DNA from: Ramazzottius varieornatus
Taxonomy: Eukaryota; Animalia; Tardigrada
Assembly (NCBI GenBank): GCA_001949185.1
Contig: BDGG01000003.1
Coordinates: 190,679-254,678, forward strand
Direction: 5' to 3'
Length of the DNA: 64,000 bases
Shown: positions 50,011 to 63,972 of the stretch, one piece after another
Layout: each line of letters starts with the position of its first letter
Numbering within the stretch: position 1 is the first letter of the stretch
Made by a program: the position numbers and the translations under genes
Notes under the pieces: model-generated
Databases searched by the model: none
What the model saw: the letters and a program-made list of their open reading frames with translations, nothing else
What the model was told of the DNA's origin: nothing

Positions 50011-53000
50011 ATGACTTTGCTGATCCCGATATCCATCGTCTACTTTGCGTTTCTCCATCGGGAAGTGTGCTGTCATCTGAACTTTATCAGTATGTCAATA
50101 CAACTGGTTCCTGGAACATCGTATGTACCTGCGGTTGAAGTGGGCCTCCAGCGCTTTAGTCGCCTGTACCCAGAGTTGTTTGCTAACTTTACGTACACAC
50201 AAATCTTCATTCGTGACGTTGAGCTGAACACGACTTGCGGAGTAGGTGGTCGCCAGGCTGTCGTCGACCACTTGACCCGGCTGTACGTTGATGGAGAACT
50301 TCAAAAACCAAACACGATTCTCATCGCTCCCTGTAAGTATCGCGCAGTTTCAGGCTTTGTACAGGGTATAGCTGTAGCTTACTCGAAAGCTGGATCGAAC
50401 GCAGTTCTCATTCCAGTTCCATGTCTACCACCCATAATTCCGATAGGAGATTTCGCTCGGGGTAAGCGTCTATTCTCTCTATTACTGTGTTAGTGACAAT
50501 TTCCTTCTGTCTCCTTCATCGTCCGTCCGCAGAGCTGGATTTTTTAATGCTCGACTGGTAAGCGAAAAGCCAGTCAAAATTGTGAAATGCAAAATCAGAC
50601 CTAGCTCAAGTACCTTTATTGATTATCGCTACGTAGTGCACCTGCGGACAATGCATTATCGAACCGGAGGCGGTTTCCCACGTTGGTGAGCTTTAGCTAC
50701 GCGGATGTTTCAGTTCACGGAGCGGTTTTTGTGGCGGCCATGCGTCACTTCGGATGGAAAACGGCGGTCATCATCAGTGGTTTTGGATCCATGAATCGCA
50801 CCGACAGTGGTAAGGTCTTGACGATGACCAGCGGGGTTGTCGCGGAGCTGACTAGGGTCATACCGGAAATCAATTTTCTGGCTCTGAACACGGATCCAAA
50901 GAAAGGTGGCTGGCACACCGCTCTTAGAGAAGCTCAAACGTACTCACGCAGTAAGTATCCATCCCCGAGTTAGAGCACGTATGTGTTGATGCGTTTTTCA
51001 ATAATATCCTTTCCTCGCAGTCATTCTAGTCTGCACCATCCCGCTGGCTGTGCGGTCCTTTCTGGTACAGTGTGTTTGCACCTCAAAACAAAGACCACCC
51101 GCAACATTCTGAACAATTCTGCGGACACCCCTTACGGTTTTCCAGGTAGCTGCAGGCGAACTGGGCATGTCGGACGGCAACTACGTGCGTAAATCTGATG
51201 CCTACAGTGGTTAGAGTTTTTGATTCGGATCCGAGATCGCAGTCACCTATCTATCGCGTTTGCAGGTCTTCTTCAGCTTCTTCAACATGCGCATTCCCCG
51301 GGAAGGAACGATGGAGTGGGAGTTTGGCGATAAGTCAGATGAGGTAAATTTTACTGCCCAAAACCCGGTGTGCAGTCTTTGCACTTACGATCGAGCGAAT
51401 GCCCAAATTCAATCTGAAGAATTTCAGGTCATTCGACCTGTGATACCGAGCTTTTTCGTCATCAGTTCTCCGTCGATGGACTGGACGAAAATCTCCAATA
51501 TTACGAAAGAGATCGCCGAGCGACGAAAAGTCTGGATCACGAGAACTCCTGAACAACAAGCTGTCATTGAAAATCCAGAATGGGAGGTACGGTTCGGTCG
51601 CCCGAAATGTGTGCAGAACTTTCCGCTTTCAAAACACGAAAATTATTCATAGTTGACTAGCCCTGCCAGCCCTGCCCACACTGCCAGATACCTTCGCTTT
51701 GATTACTCGATTGCATTACTTGAAGCATCGTGTGATGTATGTACAGACCACTCGTTCGAAATCGGTACACTGTTCTTCCATTTCAAATAGGAAAAATTAT
51801 CATAAACACAAGAGTGCTCGCCATGAAGTTTTTCGATTGTTGGTTCAATCGAGCGCAACAACAGAAGCAACCTGCTGCATTCCTTTTTCGCTCTTCGAAA
51901 ACAGAGACATTAACCAGAACCTCGAAGAATGGAAGAAGCCTTCGACAGTGTTGCATTCGGTCAAATGCAATGTAAAGGATTAGTCAGAAGTTGACAGTTC
52001 GATTTCTGCTTTATCTTCTTTCAGTTCAATGAGATTGCTACGACTTGCTTCGAAATGACTGAAATGATTTCGAAAGTAAGGATAGCTCTCGAGTATCATC
52101 TGTTAAGGCCTTGTCGCGCATTTTTGACAGTTGATTTCGATTCGTAGGTGTTACACTCATTCTCAGAAATCACGTCGGGCAGCAGCCCGAAAATATTCAA
52201 CCGTACCGCTTTAGGCCGCGAAATGGCTCAGCTATTCTATAACCAGTCAGTTCACGGCGACGTGTTTGGCAGAGATATCTCCATTTCGTCGACGGGCATG
52301 CGTCGCTTCGTCGTAGAAGTACAACAGTACAATCTTACTCTAAAACGCTACAAAGTTAGCGCTCCTTCTCTTTTCCTACTTCCGGTGATGCGTTTTCGTT
52401 TTTCCGCTTGGCCATCAGATAATTCCTTTCACAGAAAGTCATGGTGTTTGACACGGATGACAGACAAATTCAACTGGTACCGGGAGCTGAAATAGTGTGG
52501 AAGGGCGGTCAGATTCCTGCTGACCGACCGCAGTGCCTGAATGAGAAGGCCTGCATCTTGGACAGTTCTTTGAAGGAGCAGATTCGAACCACCTGGGTAT
52601 CAAGTGTCATTGCCATATTGACAACTCTATGTGGGCTTGCACTGTTGATGTACGTATACACACTCAACAATTACAATGCCCGCGAAAATAAACTTCCGAA
52701 AGTGCGTAGAGTGGACTGGTGGAGCTCATTATATTTTGATTAGCCATGTTTGCGAATCTACAAATGAACTTTTGTGAATTGGCTAAAAATCAAACGGCTA
52801 AACTTCAAATTGCCTGTCCGTTCTACCCCTTCTCGGAGGTCAATTACCGCGCACACTGTACATGTTCTTAGCGTGTTGGGGGGNNNNNNNNNNNNNNNNN
52901 NNNNNNNNNNNNNNNNNNNNNNNNNNNNNNNNNATTTTTTAACCTTTTGGGGGGGGGGGGGGGGGGGTTTACTACACAGCCATCGATTTGACGCTTCTCT

Positions 53001-53114
53001 TTTTTTTGCGGCAGAAAGAAGTACCGAGCTTTCCATCTGTCTGCTTGGATGCTAGACGGAGCGTTCCTCGTGCCCAGTTCGGCCAAGAGACGCTTCTCGT
53101 CCGTTCGGCGCTGA
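50011..53114 (+). CDS. Single-pass receptor with a natriuretic-peptide-receptor (ANF_receptor) ectodomain and short cytoplasmic tail
   Basis: Signal peptide; PAVEVG, IGDFARE, LSNRRRFPTL, MRHFGW, AAGELGMSDGNYVF, IVWKGGQIPADRPQC; TM VSSVIAILTTLCGLALLI; final exon ~53014-53114 KKYRAFHLSAWMLD..VRR*. Confidence 0.75.
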
Positions 53115-53152
53115 ATATCATTTGGTCAATAGTTGATGCTCCTGTTACTGTA

Positions 53153-54827
53153 CACTGAGTCCCATAAGTATCTGTCCATCACCGTCGCAACCACAAAATT
53201 CCTTTTTTCTCCCTTCGCGTCAACCCAAATCGATTCTAGCTTTCCTACGTGAATAGTAGAAACCTTCAGCAAAGTTTCGGTCACAGTGGATTATAACGTG
53301 AGCTGACTGTCGTGGTGGTAAAACTCGGAGACCTAAAACGTGACACAAAACGTAAACCCGACTTTAGCAGACCGACTCCATGAAGAAACTATTTTCTCCC
53401 CAATCCCAAACTAGTTTCGCCCTTTAAAATTCACGGGTGTAGACAGATGCTAGGGGTATTAAAATCAGCAAGCAGTCAGCTGATTTCATTGTCTCAGAAG
53501 TTTTAGTAAGATTGCTTCAAAATGGGTCGCAAGCTGAAGGAGTACAGCGACGATATCCGAAATCGTGTCATCAAGAAGCACCTCGATGAAGTTCCAAACA
53601 GGGAGATCGCTTGGCAGATGCTTCTTCCACACTCTAGCGTCGACTCCATGATCAAGAAGTATAAGGAGACCGGTAGCGTCCAGAACAAACCTCGGTGTGG
53701 AAGAGAGCGAATCACTACCCCGATGACGGACAGACTTATTGTGCGAAGAGTCCTGAAAGATCCACGCATATCTGCTCCAAAGATAAAAGAGGAGATCCAT
53801 TTGGGCTTATTCATGTCGATTTCAAAGGAAACAGTTCGTCGCCGGATTCGGAAGAAAGGCCTGAACGAAAGAGTGGCTCGAAAGAAACCGCTCATTAAAG
53901 AGCATGCTTGACAAAAGCGTCTTGACTTCTGCAAAAGCTAAGGAGAAATGCCGATTTCTTTTTGAGGCAACGTCTTATGGTCGGAGGAATCCAAGTTCAA
54001 CTTGTTTGGAACGGATGGAAAGGTTATAGTGTGAAGAAAGCCAGGTGAAGCTTACCGGCCTGAGTGCACAGTTCCGACGATCAAGCATGGTGGTGGGAAC
54101 GTCATGGTATGGGGTTGCTTTTCGTCCGCAGGTGTCGGGAATCTTGTTATTGTGAGGGGAGACATGGAAAGGTTCCAGTACAGAGATATCCTGAAGAACA
54201 ATTTGAAGCAGTCGGCGAAGATACTGAAGTTGAAGCGTGGATGGCTGTTCCAGCACGATCATGATCCCAAACATGATTCGGTTCTTGTAAACGCCTGGCT
54301 CAAAAAAAACCATCTCGATTTGCTGTTCTGAGCTCCGTACACTTCAGACTTGAATCCCATAGAGCATTTTTGGGCATAAGTTGAAAGAAAACTGAGGGAA
54401 AAACATCCAAAGAACATTGGCCAGCTCGAAGAAGCTATCGATGAGGTCTGGTTCGGAATTGAGCCTGAGGATTGCCGAAAACTCGTTCATTCGATGCCGA
54501 CACGTATTGGGGAGGTGAAAGAGAACGACGACTTTTCATCGAGCTATTGAACGTTGAAAAGTAACAGCAAAGGTTGGTCAGAAACATTTTTCCCCCGAAA
54601 AGGTAACGATGCGCAACAGATGATCGTCTCGTGTTAAAACCGTCTCGTGTTAAAAAATTGCTTGAGAATTTAGTCAGATGGATCTTATCAATACTTGCAT
54701 TAAATGAACGAGCAGTTCTCAAGCTCCATTTGGACTGTATGTGGTTCGGTTTTGAACGCTTGGGACGGAAGATATTTGCAGCGAAGTAAAGTTGAGAAGG
54801 GTGGACAGATACTTATGGGACTCAGGG
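53153..54827 (+). mobile_element. Tc1-like element with a dead transposase (53522-~54540)
   Basis: TA|CACTGAGTCCCATAAGTATCTGTCCA ... TGGACAGATACTTATGGGACTCAGGG|TA. Motifs ARKKPL, WSEESKF, TIKHGGG, FQHDHDPKH and DLNPIEH; at least five stops. Confidence 0.92.
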
Positions 54828-55931
54828 TACCTCCTTCTTTCGGCGAATACTGTAACGTGCGTCCCGCAGACGTTCATCCTTTTATCGTACTTTTAGCAAA
54901 ATCTCGTTAAACTCTGGGGCATAGGCCTGCCGCCAACATGCGTCTACTGCTCAGAAAACGCTTGAGTGAGATACAGTATAACCAGTGTTGTTTCGAATAT
55001 TGTAATACATAACTGAAAATGACGGGTTTTGGCCTTTTTGGATTTTTGGACTTTCGATACAACAATTCAAACCGAGAACCGTTTGCCAACGTATTTGGAT
55101 ATTAATCAGAATTCAAATTCAAATGGGGAATGGTCAGAGTATTTTAATTCGTAATTCGAATCACACAATGGCTTAATTTAAATAAGCACAATTGGAATGA
55201 GACACTACGGTCGATTTGAACTGGCGCATTAGTACCGCAAAATTACAAGTTTAAGTTTGCCAGTTAAATCTACAGCCGTCAGCATCAAGCCCGCAGTGCA
55301 ATCCGCCAATTTGTCCCCGGATTTAGCGCATTCAGAGGCCAGCACATCGGGGCTTATTTTCGCAGTCTGCCTCTCAAGACTACGTATCATTGATCGTTGA
55401 TTTGATGAGACAAATTCGCAAAGTATCGCCGGAAGTGAAGCCATAAAATTTTCGAGTGACTTCGTGAAACGCTCAGAATACATTGCTGGTCTATCATTTT
55501 GAGACTGACATCTCAATCATCGTCAAGAATCAGAACAACGGAAAGCGGAATTCCGATGGCAGAAGATGGGTAAGAAGCCTTTCTTGAGCACATCTTCCAA
55601 AAAATCCGTCGTGGACTTGAATCCTCCGAGAATTCCGTGCCTTCACCGCCACCGTCTGCAATGAGCTGAGCATTTCTGTTGGAACTCCAAACGCTGGAGT
55701 CCCAAATGTAAAGACGTCTGCAGGGGGAAGTAAGAACGTCATACTATATTGGAAATTGAAATTACCAAACGACGTCGTGATAATTCAAATAATTCGAATT
55801 GCTGTCGGAAGCTGAATTCCGATTAATCGTAATCTTCAGTCCAGTAACGATGAATTACTGACAATTTGAATTACGGCTCCTAAACAGGTAGGTCGGATTC
55901 GAGCAATCTGAATTTTCGCATGTAAGTGCTA

Positions 55932-56794
55932 TAGTGATGTTGCCATACATGAGTATTATATTAAATTAGAACTTATTAGATGCTTTTTGCATCTAATATA
56001 TCATGTTAACATTTATTAGATGCCTCGGTCGAGGTGGGATATTTATTAGTATTGAATCAGATGAAAGCCGGAGCTAGAATTATCATATTAAAATCAAGCC
56101 GCAGGGCGCTCCGTATTAAGATTATTAAAGTACAGATTTTGGCTTCAGTTGATTAAAGTAATGCTTGATTTGCGTCCGCAATAAGCGTGAAACTGTACGC
56201 AGTGTGCTGCAGGCCAGTAAATCTTGCGCATCAAGCACCTTCGCGTGTGTTGCACTCACGAATGTTCGAATGTGGTAACTTGGTCGAAGGACTGCGATTT
56301 TGCAGGACTGCGATTTCGGGGACTCACTTGCATACCCGCCATTCACGCTGTAAAAAACCTGTTGCAGCGCGATCCTGCAATGCGGACTGTCATTCCAAGG
56401 ATGCCAGAACGGCTTGAAAGAGGGACTTCCCCGAGCACCAGGCAGAAGAGACAACTGCCGCTAAAACTGCTGTTATTTTTGGACGGTTCCTTGGTAGTAC
56501 TTTTAACTGATAATTCATGACGTTCCTATTGCTGGACATGGATGAAACTGTTTTGCTGGTGAAATTCTTAACGAAGAAAGTTATCTTTTCCCGTTGACAT
56601 GTGGATCTAAAAATAACTGAAATATTTTAATATATTATAATAAGAACCCAGCGACGCAGTTTAATATATTAACATTATATTAGATGCTCTGCGGTCGGGG
56701 CATATTGTATTAAGATTATATTAAAACTCTGGCAGCCCGGGCTTATTAAATTAAGATTATATTAGGTCGCGATACCCTTATGCCAACATCACTA
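55932..56794. mobile_element. Non-autonomous hAT element
   Basis: TAGTGATGTTG/CAACATCACTA termini (same first 10 nt as the 15049-20437 hAT); perfect TSD AAGTGCTA. Confidence 0.9.
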
Positions 56795-57599
56795 AAGTGC
56801 TAGTGAGTACGACTTAGGTACAACGTTTGAGCTTCGGTTCGGCTCGTTACGTCAGAGTGACGCTGGCCGTTGTACGACTGTTTCCACAAAACCCACTGCT
56901 CGGCGGCACGGCCGCATTCCATTATACAGCTGTGGAATTCGCCTGTGTCAGCTGCTTCCACATGGGTGTTTCCTGGAATTTTCATCATGCAGACCTTGGA
57001 TATTCTACCACTACATGTTAACAGCGATAGTGTTCGGAAAGAATAGTCTTTCCTATTATTGAACCGGATGAGTAAAAGCTAAATTGAAACGATATGCAAA
57101 TTATCCCTAGAAGACTTGTAGTATGCACGACTTGTACAAGCACTTCTAGTACCAGATGCATTATAAGTTGGATAAAATGCTAGAATATTAATAAATCTGT
57201 CCGTGCCAGCCTTCGTTCTCCTAGCGCCCTTTCCGTACTTGCATCTAATGCAGAAAAAACTCACATACAGTCCACTCGCTCGAGATGTATTACCTAATTT
57301 CACGGTTTCAATTCTGGGCCCGCCATACGTTCACCAAAACGCGTACCAAGCCACCATTCAAGATTACATAACATATACATAACACCATGCTTCGACCGAT
57401 GTAATCAAGTAATCAAGTCTCATGCGTCTGGCTGAGCTGCGGCAAGGCCAGCAGGCTCGTTGATTTTCCTGATCTTTCAGATTTGAGACCGTCAAATTAG
57501 GTAACACATCTCGAGCGAGTGGATTGTATACTAACTACTAAAACAAAGAACGATGCGGAGGAAACACCCCTTATTGCGAAATCCCGACGCGGAGAATCC

Positions 57600-58100
57600 C
57601 TAGCTCGAAGAGGATGGGCTCCTATAGTCTTCTCGTCAGCCTGCCGCGTGCCTCTTATAGCGACAGGTCTTACGTTTTGCAGGACTTCGTTGTTCTTCTG
57701 TAGTTGAGGTTTTCGTGCTGTGGTGGAAGCAAACGAAGAGGTGGTGGCAGTCCGCACTACAGGAACGACAGGCTTCGGAGTGTTCGTAGCCTGTTGAGTA
57801 CTGAGGACACCAGGACTGGTCGATGGGGTATGTGTCATTTAACGGGACGGGCAGCCAATGGGGTGGGCTGTTCTCCAGAATGGACAATCTCTTCAAAATG
57901 GCTTCATGGCTATCCCGTTGGATCTCGATTTCCCTGTCGGGCTTCTGATTCCCACCTGCAGAGGTTTCACATGGTCTCTCATACCTTCGTTCAAACAGGC
58001 CTGGAAATTGTTCAGCCCACCATCGAGGATTCAAATAATGAAGAGCTCGATGGCGAGTGTTGCCTCTATTGGCATCTCCAGTCCCGAGAAATCAGGAAAC
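57600..58100 (-). mobile_element. Possible Gag-like (BEL/Pao-type) retroelement remnant
   Basis: CRSCSADCHHLFVC fits a CX2CX4HX4C knuckle and is preceded by a degenerate Cys/His knuckle. No LTR pair or pol found. Confidence 0.3.
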
Positions 58101-58588
58101 TGAGCTTCCGACAAAGCCAAGCTCGTCTAATCCAGGTTTTTCCCATTTCTAGACGACCAAGGTTAGAAGGAATGTGTCGCATCAGCCAGATTGTATTTGG
58201 ACCTCGCATGTTACATATGTTACTACCACTGAAAGCGAATGCTTCGGTCTCGTTTTGGCTTGACTACCGTACATGTTTTATGATACAAATCTATTTCTTG
58301 CTCGTAACAATTGCAGCATCGTTGTTCGTATTTCACCAGGTTCTGGTTCTCGGAACAGTTAGACCAGATCTGTGATTCTGTCGTGGTTTAAAAGAAAGAA
58401 CACAATTACCCGAACCCCCTGTATCCTTATCCACCCGCGTGGATCAGTCGTCGGTATCTCAATCTGAACGTCCTTGACCGCGTACGACCCTCTCTTTCAC
58501 GCAGACTTTGTAGTCTGTATGGCGAGCGAGCACTAGTTCTCACAGGTTCTTCTCGGACCTCCAACACCAACACAGATCAATCAACCAC

Positions 58589-59461
58589 TTAGATCTTTGT
58601 TGCATTGTTGGGAGACAAAGTAACTGCCACGTTCAAAGTCAGAAGTGATAAGGTCAGTAGTTGCCCTCCAGCTTGCCCACGGGAACGGCAGGCACCCCTA
58701 CAACCGTTTTTCCTTGTTGGAGCATTGGTGATAGAGCCTAACTTTTGCTTAGGTGGATGGGGAATGAAGCCAGTGAGCGCAATGCGGTTACGAGTTCTAT
58801 TAATTGTTCGGTAGCAGATGAAGGGATACATGATGAACGTCACTAATAATGGTAGGTCGTACACTACGACGGTACTGACAACCTCCCATACCCGTAGCGC
58901 ACGAACCAGTACGGAGAAACAATGATAACGCTCCTCATCCACCGTTTTCGGGGCGTTAAAGTCCAGTATCAAACCAGGTAAGATCCACAGGTGAACGTGT
59001 AGCCACGCTATAGCACACACCAAGATAGGCTGTTTGATGCTGTCGGAACGGTGGCAGTTACGATATGTCAGGCGAGAAACCACAGCCCAGAAGCGGTTGA
59101 GAGCGATAAGTCAGTGGGCGTGGTTAACCACCCCACCGCATATTTTGACGAGGTATCTGTGCGCGAAGCAAAATGAGTGGGGAATCGGACCGAAGGATAT
59201 TCGGGCATTGACAACCGCGATAGGTTAGTTCAAGGTCAGAGAACTGAGGTTGGCCAGACACAAGCTGACCGCATAAACGTTGAAGGGAGTACGAGCTGCC
59301 CTGTGCTTCGCAAACATATAAACGAGGAGTAGGTTGAGATAAACAGCTAGAAGCCGCGTGGTTAACTCGAAGATGTCATTGGATGTCCAAGCTTTGATCA
59401 CCTCGAACGCACTGCTGGAGCGGATTTGGTTCCATGCGAAATTCCTAGACGAGTTATTCAT
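58589..59461 (-). pseudogene. Intronless rhodopsin-like GPCR pseudogene, 3'-truncated
   Basis: MNNSS.., LNLLL, RTPFNVY, LAN, ALNRFWA, YPFICY and LLTLNV. Stops at 59225 and ~59111; TM7 is missing. Confidence 0.75.
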
Positions 59462-61253
59462 GCTGACGAAAGTCACGGCCTGCCGATTAACTATGAACAA
59501 CTGAAAATCATCCGCTTAAAGCCTCCATCGTAATATTACTATACTGCATATTCAGTTCATTTCCTGACATCGCACAAGGATAGGCCACGTCAAACTTTAT
59601 ACTCCGAAGACCAGCTTCCAGCGGTTTAGTACCACATCATGACAACCACAAAAAACTGACATCCAGGCTGATTGTGATCAAGTTGACGGATTTTGAAAAT
59701 TTATAAGAAATCTATCTGTCTATCATTCTTTACGGTCAAGCTTGAGTTCGTTCGATAGATCGTTTTTCAGTCTTTCGATTTGCATATGCTTGATTGTCGT
59801 AAATTGGATTGCTTGATTCGCCTCTAGCTGTCAATTGACAGGCAGTGTGGTGAACGTTTGGCGGCCTTAAATCGAAACAGAGAATTTTTGTACGGATTTC
59901 GAACGAGCTGACTGCGTCGAATGCACATATTCCTGGTAGCGGCAAAATGCCGATTTGTCTCTGCGTCCTATCCGTGGCTTTCGATGCACTCTATGGGCTG
60001 TGGCGCTCTTGAAAATTGCTAATCCTTCGTAAAGTTCACTTTAAAATGAGCCGTTGCGGTGTCCAATCGCCTCCATCCCTATTTTCTTATCACGTATATT
60101 TTCTCTGACGAAACCAACTCACAGAGACTTACAAGCGATTGCTGCCCGAAACAATTTTACACGGATGTACACCTAAGGGAGGAATGGTGCAGGTTTGCTT
60201 TCTTTTGTAGTTTGCTCTATTGGTTCGCCCAGAATCTTGATTTAAAGTCATGGTTTTGGTAGAAAAAATGGTGCAGGAGTTGCACGATCTGCCCAAAGAA
60301 AACGCGGCATTGCGTGCAAAGGTTCTTTGGAGGTCATCGCATTTGACTCAGGAAAATTTACGTAGGATCCACGATATTTTTCAATCTCGAGCAAAACCCG
60401 ATTCAACCTTTATACTTTAAGAAAACCTGCTCAACAAATTAGTCTACGGCGTATAGTGCAGGTTGCTTATTACCCAGTCCAGCACCAATGTTCGGGTGGA
60501 AGAAACCGTTGCGGAACACGGAACACGGAACACGGAATCCGACCGTGAATCAAGAAGAAAATTACCCGTAGATTTCAAACATGAACAAATTGCCGTCAGT
60601 AATGCCCTGGCTGGCCCGAAGCACTGGGAAGCGTAATCGGTGCCCGGGCAACACAGGGCTTCCACTCCGGACAATCATTCAATCAAATTTTCATTTGACC
60701 CGGCTTTCATTTTACCTTGGTGGGCTAATAACGGCCAATCAAACCACCATGGCCAGCAGCGGTCGTTTGACCTAACGTTTTTTTTCAAACTCGCTCGCGT
60801 TGTTCAACTTCTCAAAGCTTCCAGCGATTGCTTTTATAAACTTCGATTCTCAAAATTAACTAGCTCTCGTTTGTTCAAACCATCTGCGCAAAGTGCAACT
60901 TCTCTGATGGTATGGTTTCGCCACACCACACTGGAAAAAAAACCACAACTTTTGATTTCGGTTGCAGAACACCAAACCGAAAACAGTAGCGATAGTTACA
61001 CGCCGAATTTTTGATTTCGGTAGCGAACCGAACCCAGAAGCTTTCGGTGTTCCACTTCACAAAAAGGGCGTACGTGCCTTGATCTTGACCGAAAGCGAAG
61101 CACGACACGCTCCTGGCGAAACGTGCAAGGCAAACGGACAGGACCTGTAGAATCAAGCACGCTTAAGTTAGATTACCTCCGGTGTGTACATGGTTAGCGC
61201 TCGATTTCTGTTTGCGCATCTTTGTCGCGCTAAATTTTGTCCCCGTGCGGTTA

Positions 61254-61369
61254 CTGTATGCTCTCCCGAAATTCACGTACGTCACTGACTCTCAAATCAT
61301 TGGGGAACTCTTTCTCTAGTTTTACACTCTGAATGGAGTGACGTACGTGAATTTCGGGAAAGTATACAG
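61254..61369. mobile_element. 116-bp MITE with a TA TSD
   Basis: TA|CTGTATGCTCTCCCGAAATTCACGTACGTCACT ... AGTGACGTACGTGAATTTCGGGAAAGTATACAG|TA. Confidence 0.75.
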
Positions 61370-63327
61370 TACCAGGTATAGGACTCACTTTTTCGGTTTT
61401 TCGATTTGATGTGGTGTAATGCACCAAAAGAGCTGTGTCCGATCCACACCACAATGAAAACTGTTTACCTTTTCGCACCGCAAAATTAGTTTCGGTGTGG
61501 AAAAATACCAAGCCAAGAGACATCACACCACACTTGGTAACACTTCTGCCAGGTCTGGAGATTTTCTGCTCAAGTGATCAACCCGCATTTCTGGGATGAA
61601 GCGTATCAGACATTTCGGTGATCCACTTCAAGGAGCAGAATTCTGAAGTATTCTTTAATTTTGTTGTATTAGAATACTGTTGGAAACCCCATCTGTTGGG
61701 CACTTCTTGGGTCCAAATCCGACATTGAGCCACCAGGTTCCTAACGACGGTTCGGTCTTACAAATCTGGTGAAGGAATCTTCCACTTAAGATTGATTTAC
61801 GAGTCCTGTGTTGATAGTGGATAGTAGCGTTCTGTGTGCTATTAAAGCTGTTGTTTGTGTTGGGCGAGCCGTACCCATACTCTAGACAGTTTTTTCTCCA
61901 AACAGAATACTTTTCTGTTGTAGGATTCGAGCGTAGACCGTTTGCCTGACCAGCGTAGCCAACTTTCTTTGCGGGTGGAAACTCACCCGTCTAGAAATTT
62001 GGAGCCTTCGACTGATAAAAAAACATAACCGGACTATTGGAACCAACTAATCCACTGGTGTACCAGTAAGATCCATCGCCGAGGTAAATATCTTTTAGGT
62101 CGAGGCTACGTGCGCGAACTTCCCGAACTTTTCTCCGTGCACGAATTACAGCTCGACCTTTTACTCCGCGCAGGGAAGTCGACTAACTATACAAGACAAA
62201 TTCACGAGCAGTTGTGTTCTACTTCTTTATGTTAGGGGAAGTTTACTGACTACACAAGAAAGAGATTCACGAGCTTCTTCATTGAGGAAGTTCCCGTATA
62301 GCACCCATCGTCTGTTACTCTGTGTTGTATCCTTCTATCTGTAGTAAAAATTGAAATCGAGCGGTTCGTGTACGGAGTAAACTGTTGTGCGACAGTTCGT
62401 GCACTGAGTCACTGGGTATCTTTAAGGTCCGACGACAATAAAATACTGTGGAACCTTTACTCGAGGAAAAGCTCTTTCCGAAGCGGTGATCCGGTGGTGC
62501 TCTGACAGAAATCTGGGAAAAGTATGGGGACAAGTTAACAGTGCGTATTTCTAAACTCAAATCGGTGCTGGTAACGTCGATGCAGAGCGCAATGTTAACC
62601 GATCTTGGTTGTTGCGTTTGATGGCAATGTTAACGTTCAAGCAATTCCTGTGGACGAACCGATAAATCCGTGCACTTCCGGTCAACGTTTTCAAGCGCAA
62701 ACGTTCGTCTAGAGGAAGAACGAGCTTACCGCTTGTGTGCTTCCCCTACCCTCGAAAACGTGTTAAAAAGGTCCCAAACGGTTCGCAATTTGACCCTATA
62801 TCTACGAAGTTGCCTGCCACTGACTGATATTCCAAAAAATTCGTTCTCTTGGGCACTCCTAATCCGATAACCAACATGCGAACTGAAGGCGAGCTATATG
62901 CGTGTTTTGATGAGCGTATGATGGAATGATGTATCGTTCAGTTGATATCATGGCTGATCGATCATTGTGCCAAAAAGTTATTCTGGAAAGTTGATTTTGT
63001 GGTTAGTTGATATTTAAAGCTGATCAAAACGTCAGTCAGTATTCTGCCCAAACGATATTCCTCTACAGACGAATTCTTTCATCCGTCGACGCGATGGACG
63101 TCAGCAGGGCTGGTTAGAATTTAGAAGACCGATTCAAGTTTGTGAAACTGCAGGCACTTAGCACAATGATATCGACAATGAACAAAGTTTCCGTACCGAT
63201 TTCTTCAGATGCCAAATTTATCTACAGAAAGATTCTTCCAACTAAAGTTCCTCAGATCTGTTGTGTTGTCCTCCTTTAATGTCCGTGCATACTGTAGGCT
63301 CCGTTGTATAAAACTTTCGGTCATTGT

Positions 63328-63972
63328 TCACAATGCGGCGTTGCTTCGTTTGATGTTGCAGGCGTGACACAAAACGTGCCCGTCCAGAGGATAGCAGCCA
63401 TGGCCTTCCTGATCCGAATGTAACGTCAGGCCGCAGTCTTCACACTTGTAACATCTGAAAAACCGTGCCCGTTTCCATACTAAAATTTGGCGACTTGGAT
63501 AACCCTGTTCGACACTACGTACTGTGGGTGGAAGTTACGTTCCATAGAGATGACTCGAACAGCTTCCTCGGTTCCCTCTCTCGGCGCAATGGGTTGTCGA
63601 CAGACCGAACAACGTGGGGCAAACTTCCTACAACAAACGCAGGGAAGACGCGTTTTAGAAGCACTCATTCTCCCATCAATCATAGACGACGGGCTAAGTA
63701 CGGCAATCAAGAAGAGTCTTCAACGTACGCGTGAAAGTCTTTGATACAATAGATCTGGTTGGCGGCATCGACCTACAACACAGTCAAACAGTAGCCGAGT
63801 AGGTCTTTGATTACATAGCGTCTCGTGCCATGTCTTGAAAGGAAGCGAGATATCGAGTATTACAAGCCGAACGAGGCTGGCTTACGGTGAAGGGTACTCC
63901 ATCCAAGTTGGTTTCACAGCCGACACAGACAAAGCATTGAGGATGATAAGGCTTTCCGGTCGCACGAAGTAT
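63328..63972 (-). CDS. LPP/TRIP6/zyxin-family LIM protein, C-terminal exons (gene continues beyond the window)
   Basis: [45 protein letters not shown], and [19 protein letters not shown]. Confidence 0.88.

Noticed and set aside
53900-54400. Many stops at Trp positions here and in GH43, suggesting recoding or RIP-like mutation
   Set aside because: Intact genes use TGG for Trp and TGA as stop. Trp, Gln and Arg codons are the expected sources of stops in neutral decay.
54900-55920. GAATT/AATTC-rich arms resembling a MITE
   Set aside because: No matching TIRs or TSD could be defined.
59500-63300. Short ORFs in the region, including 61500-62600
   Set aside because: No motifs or coherent exon structure recognised; left unannotated.
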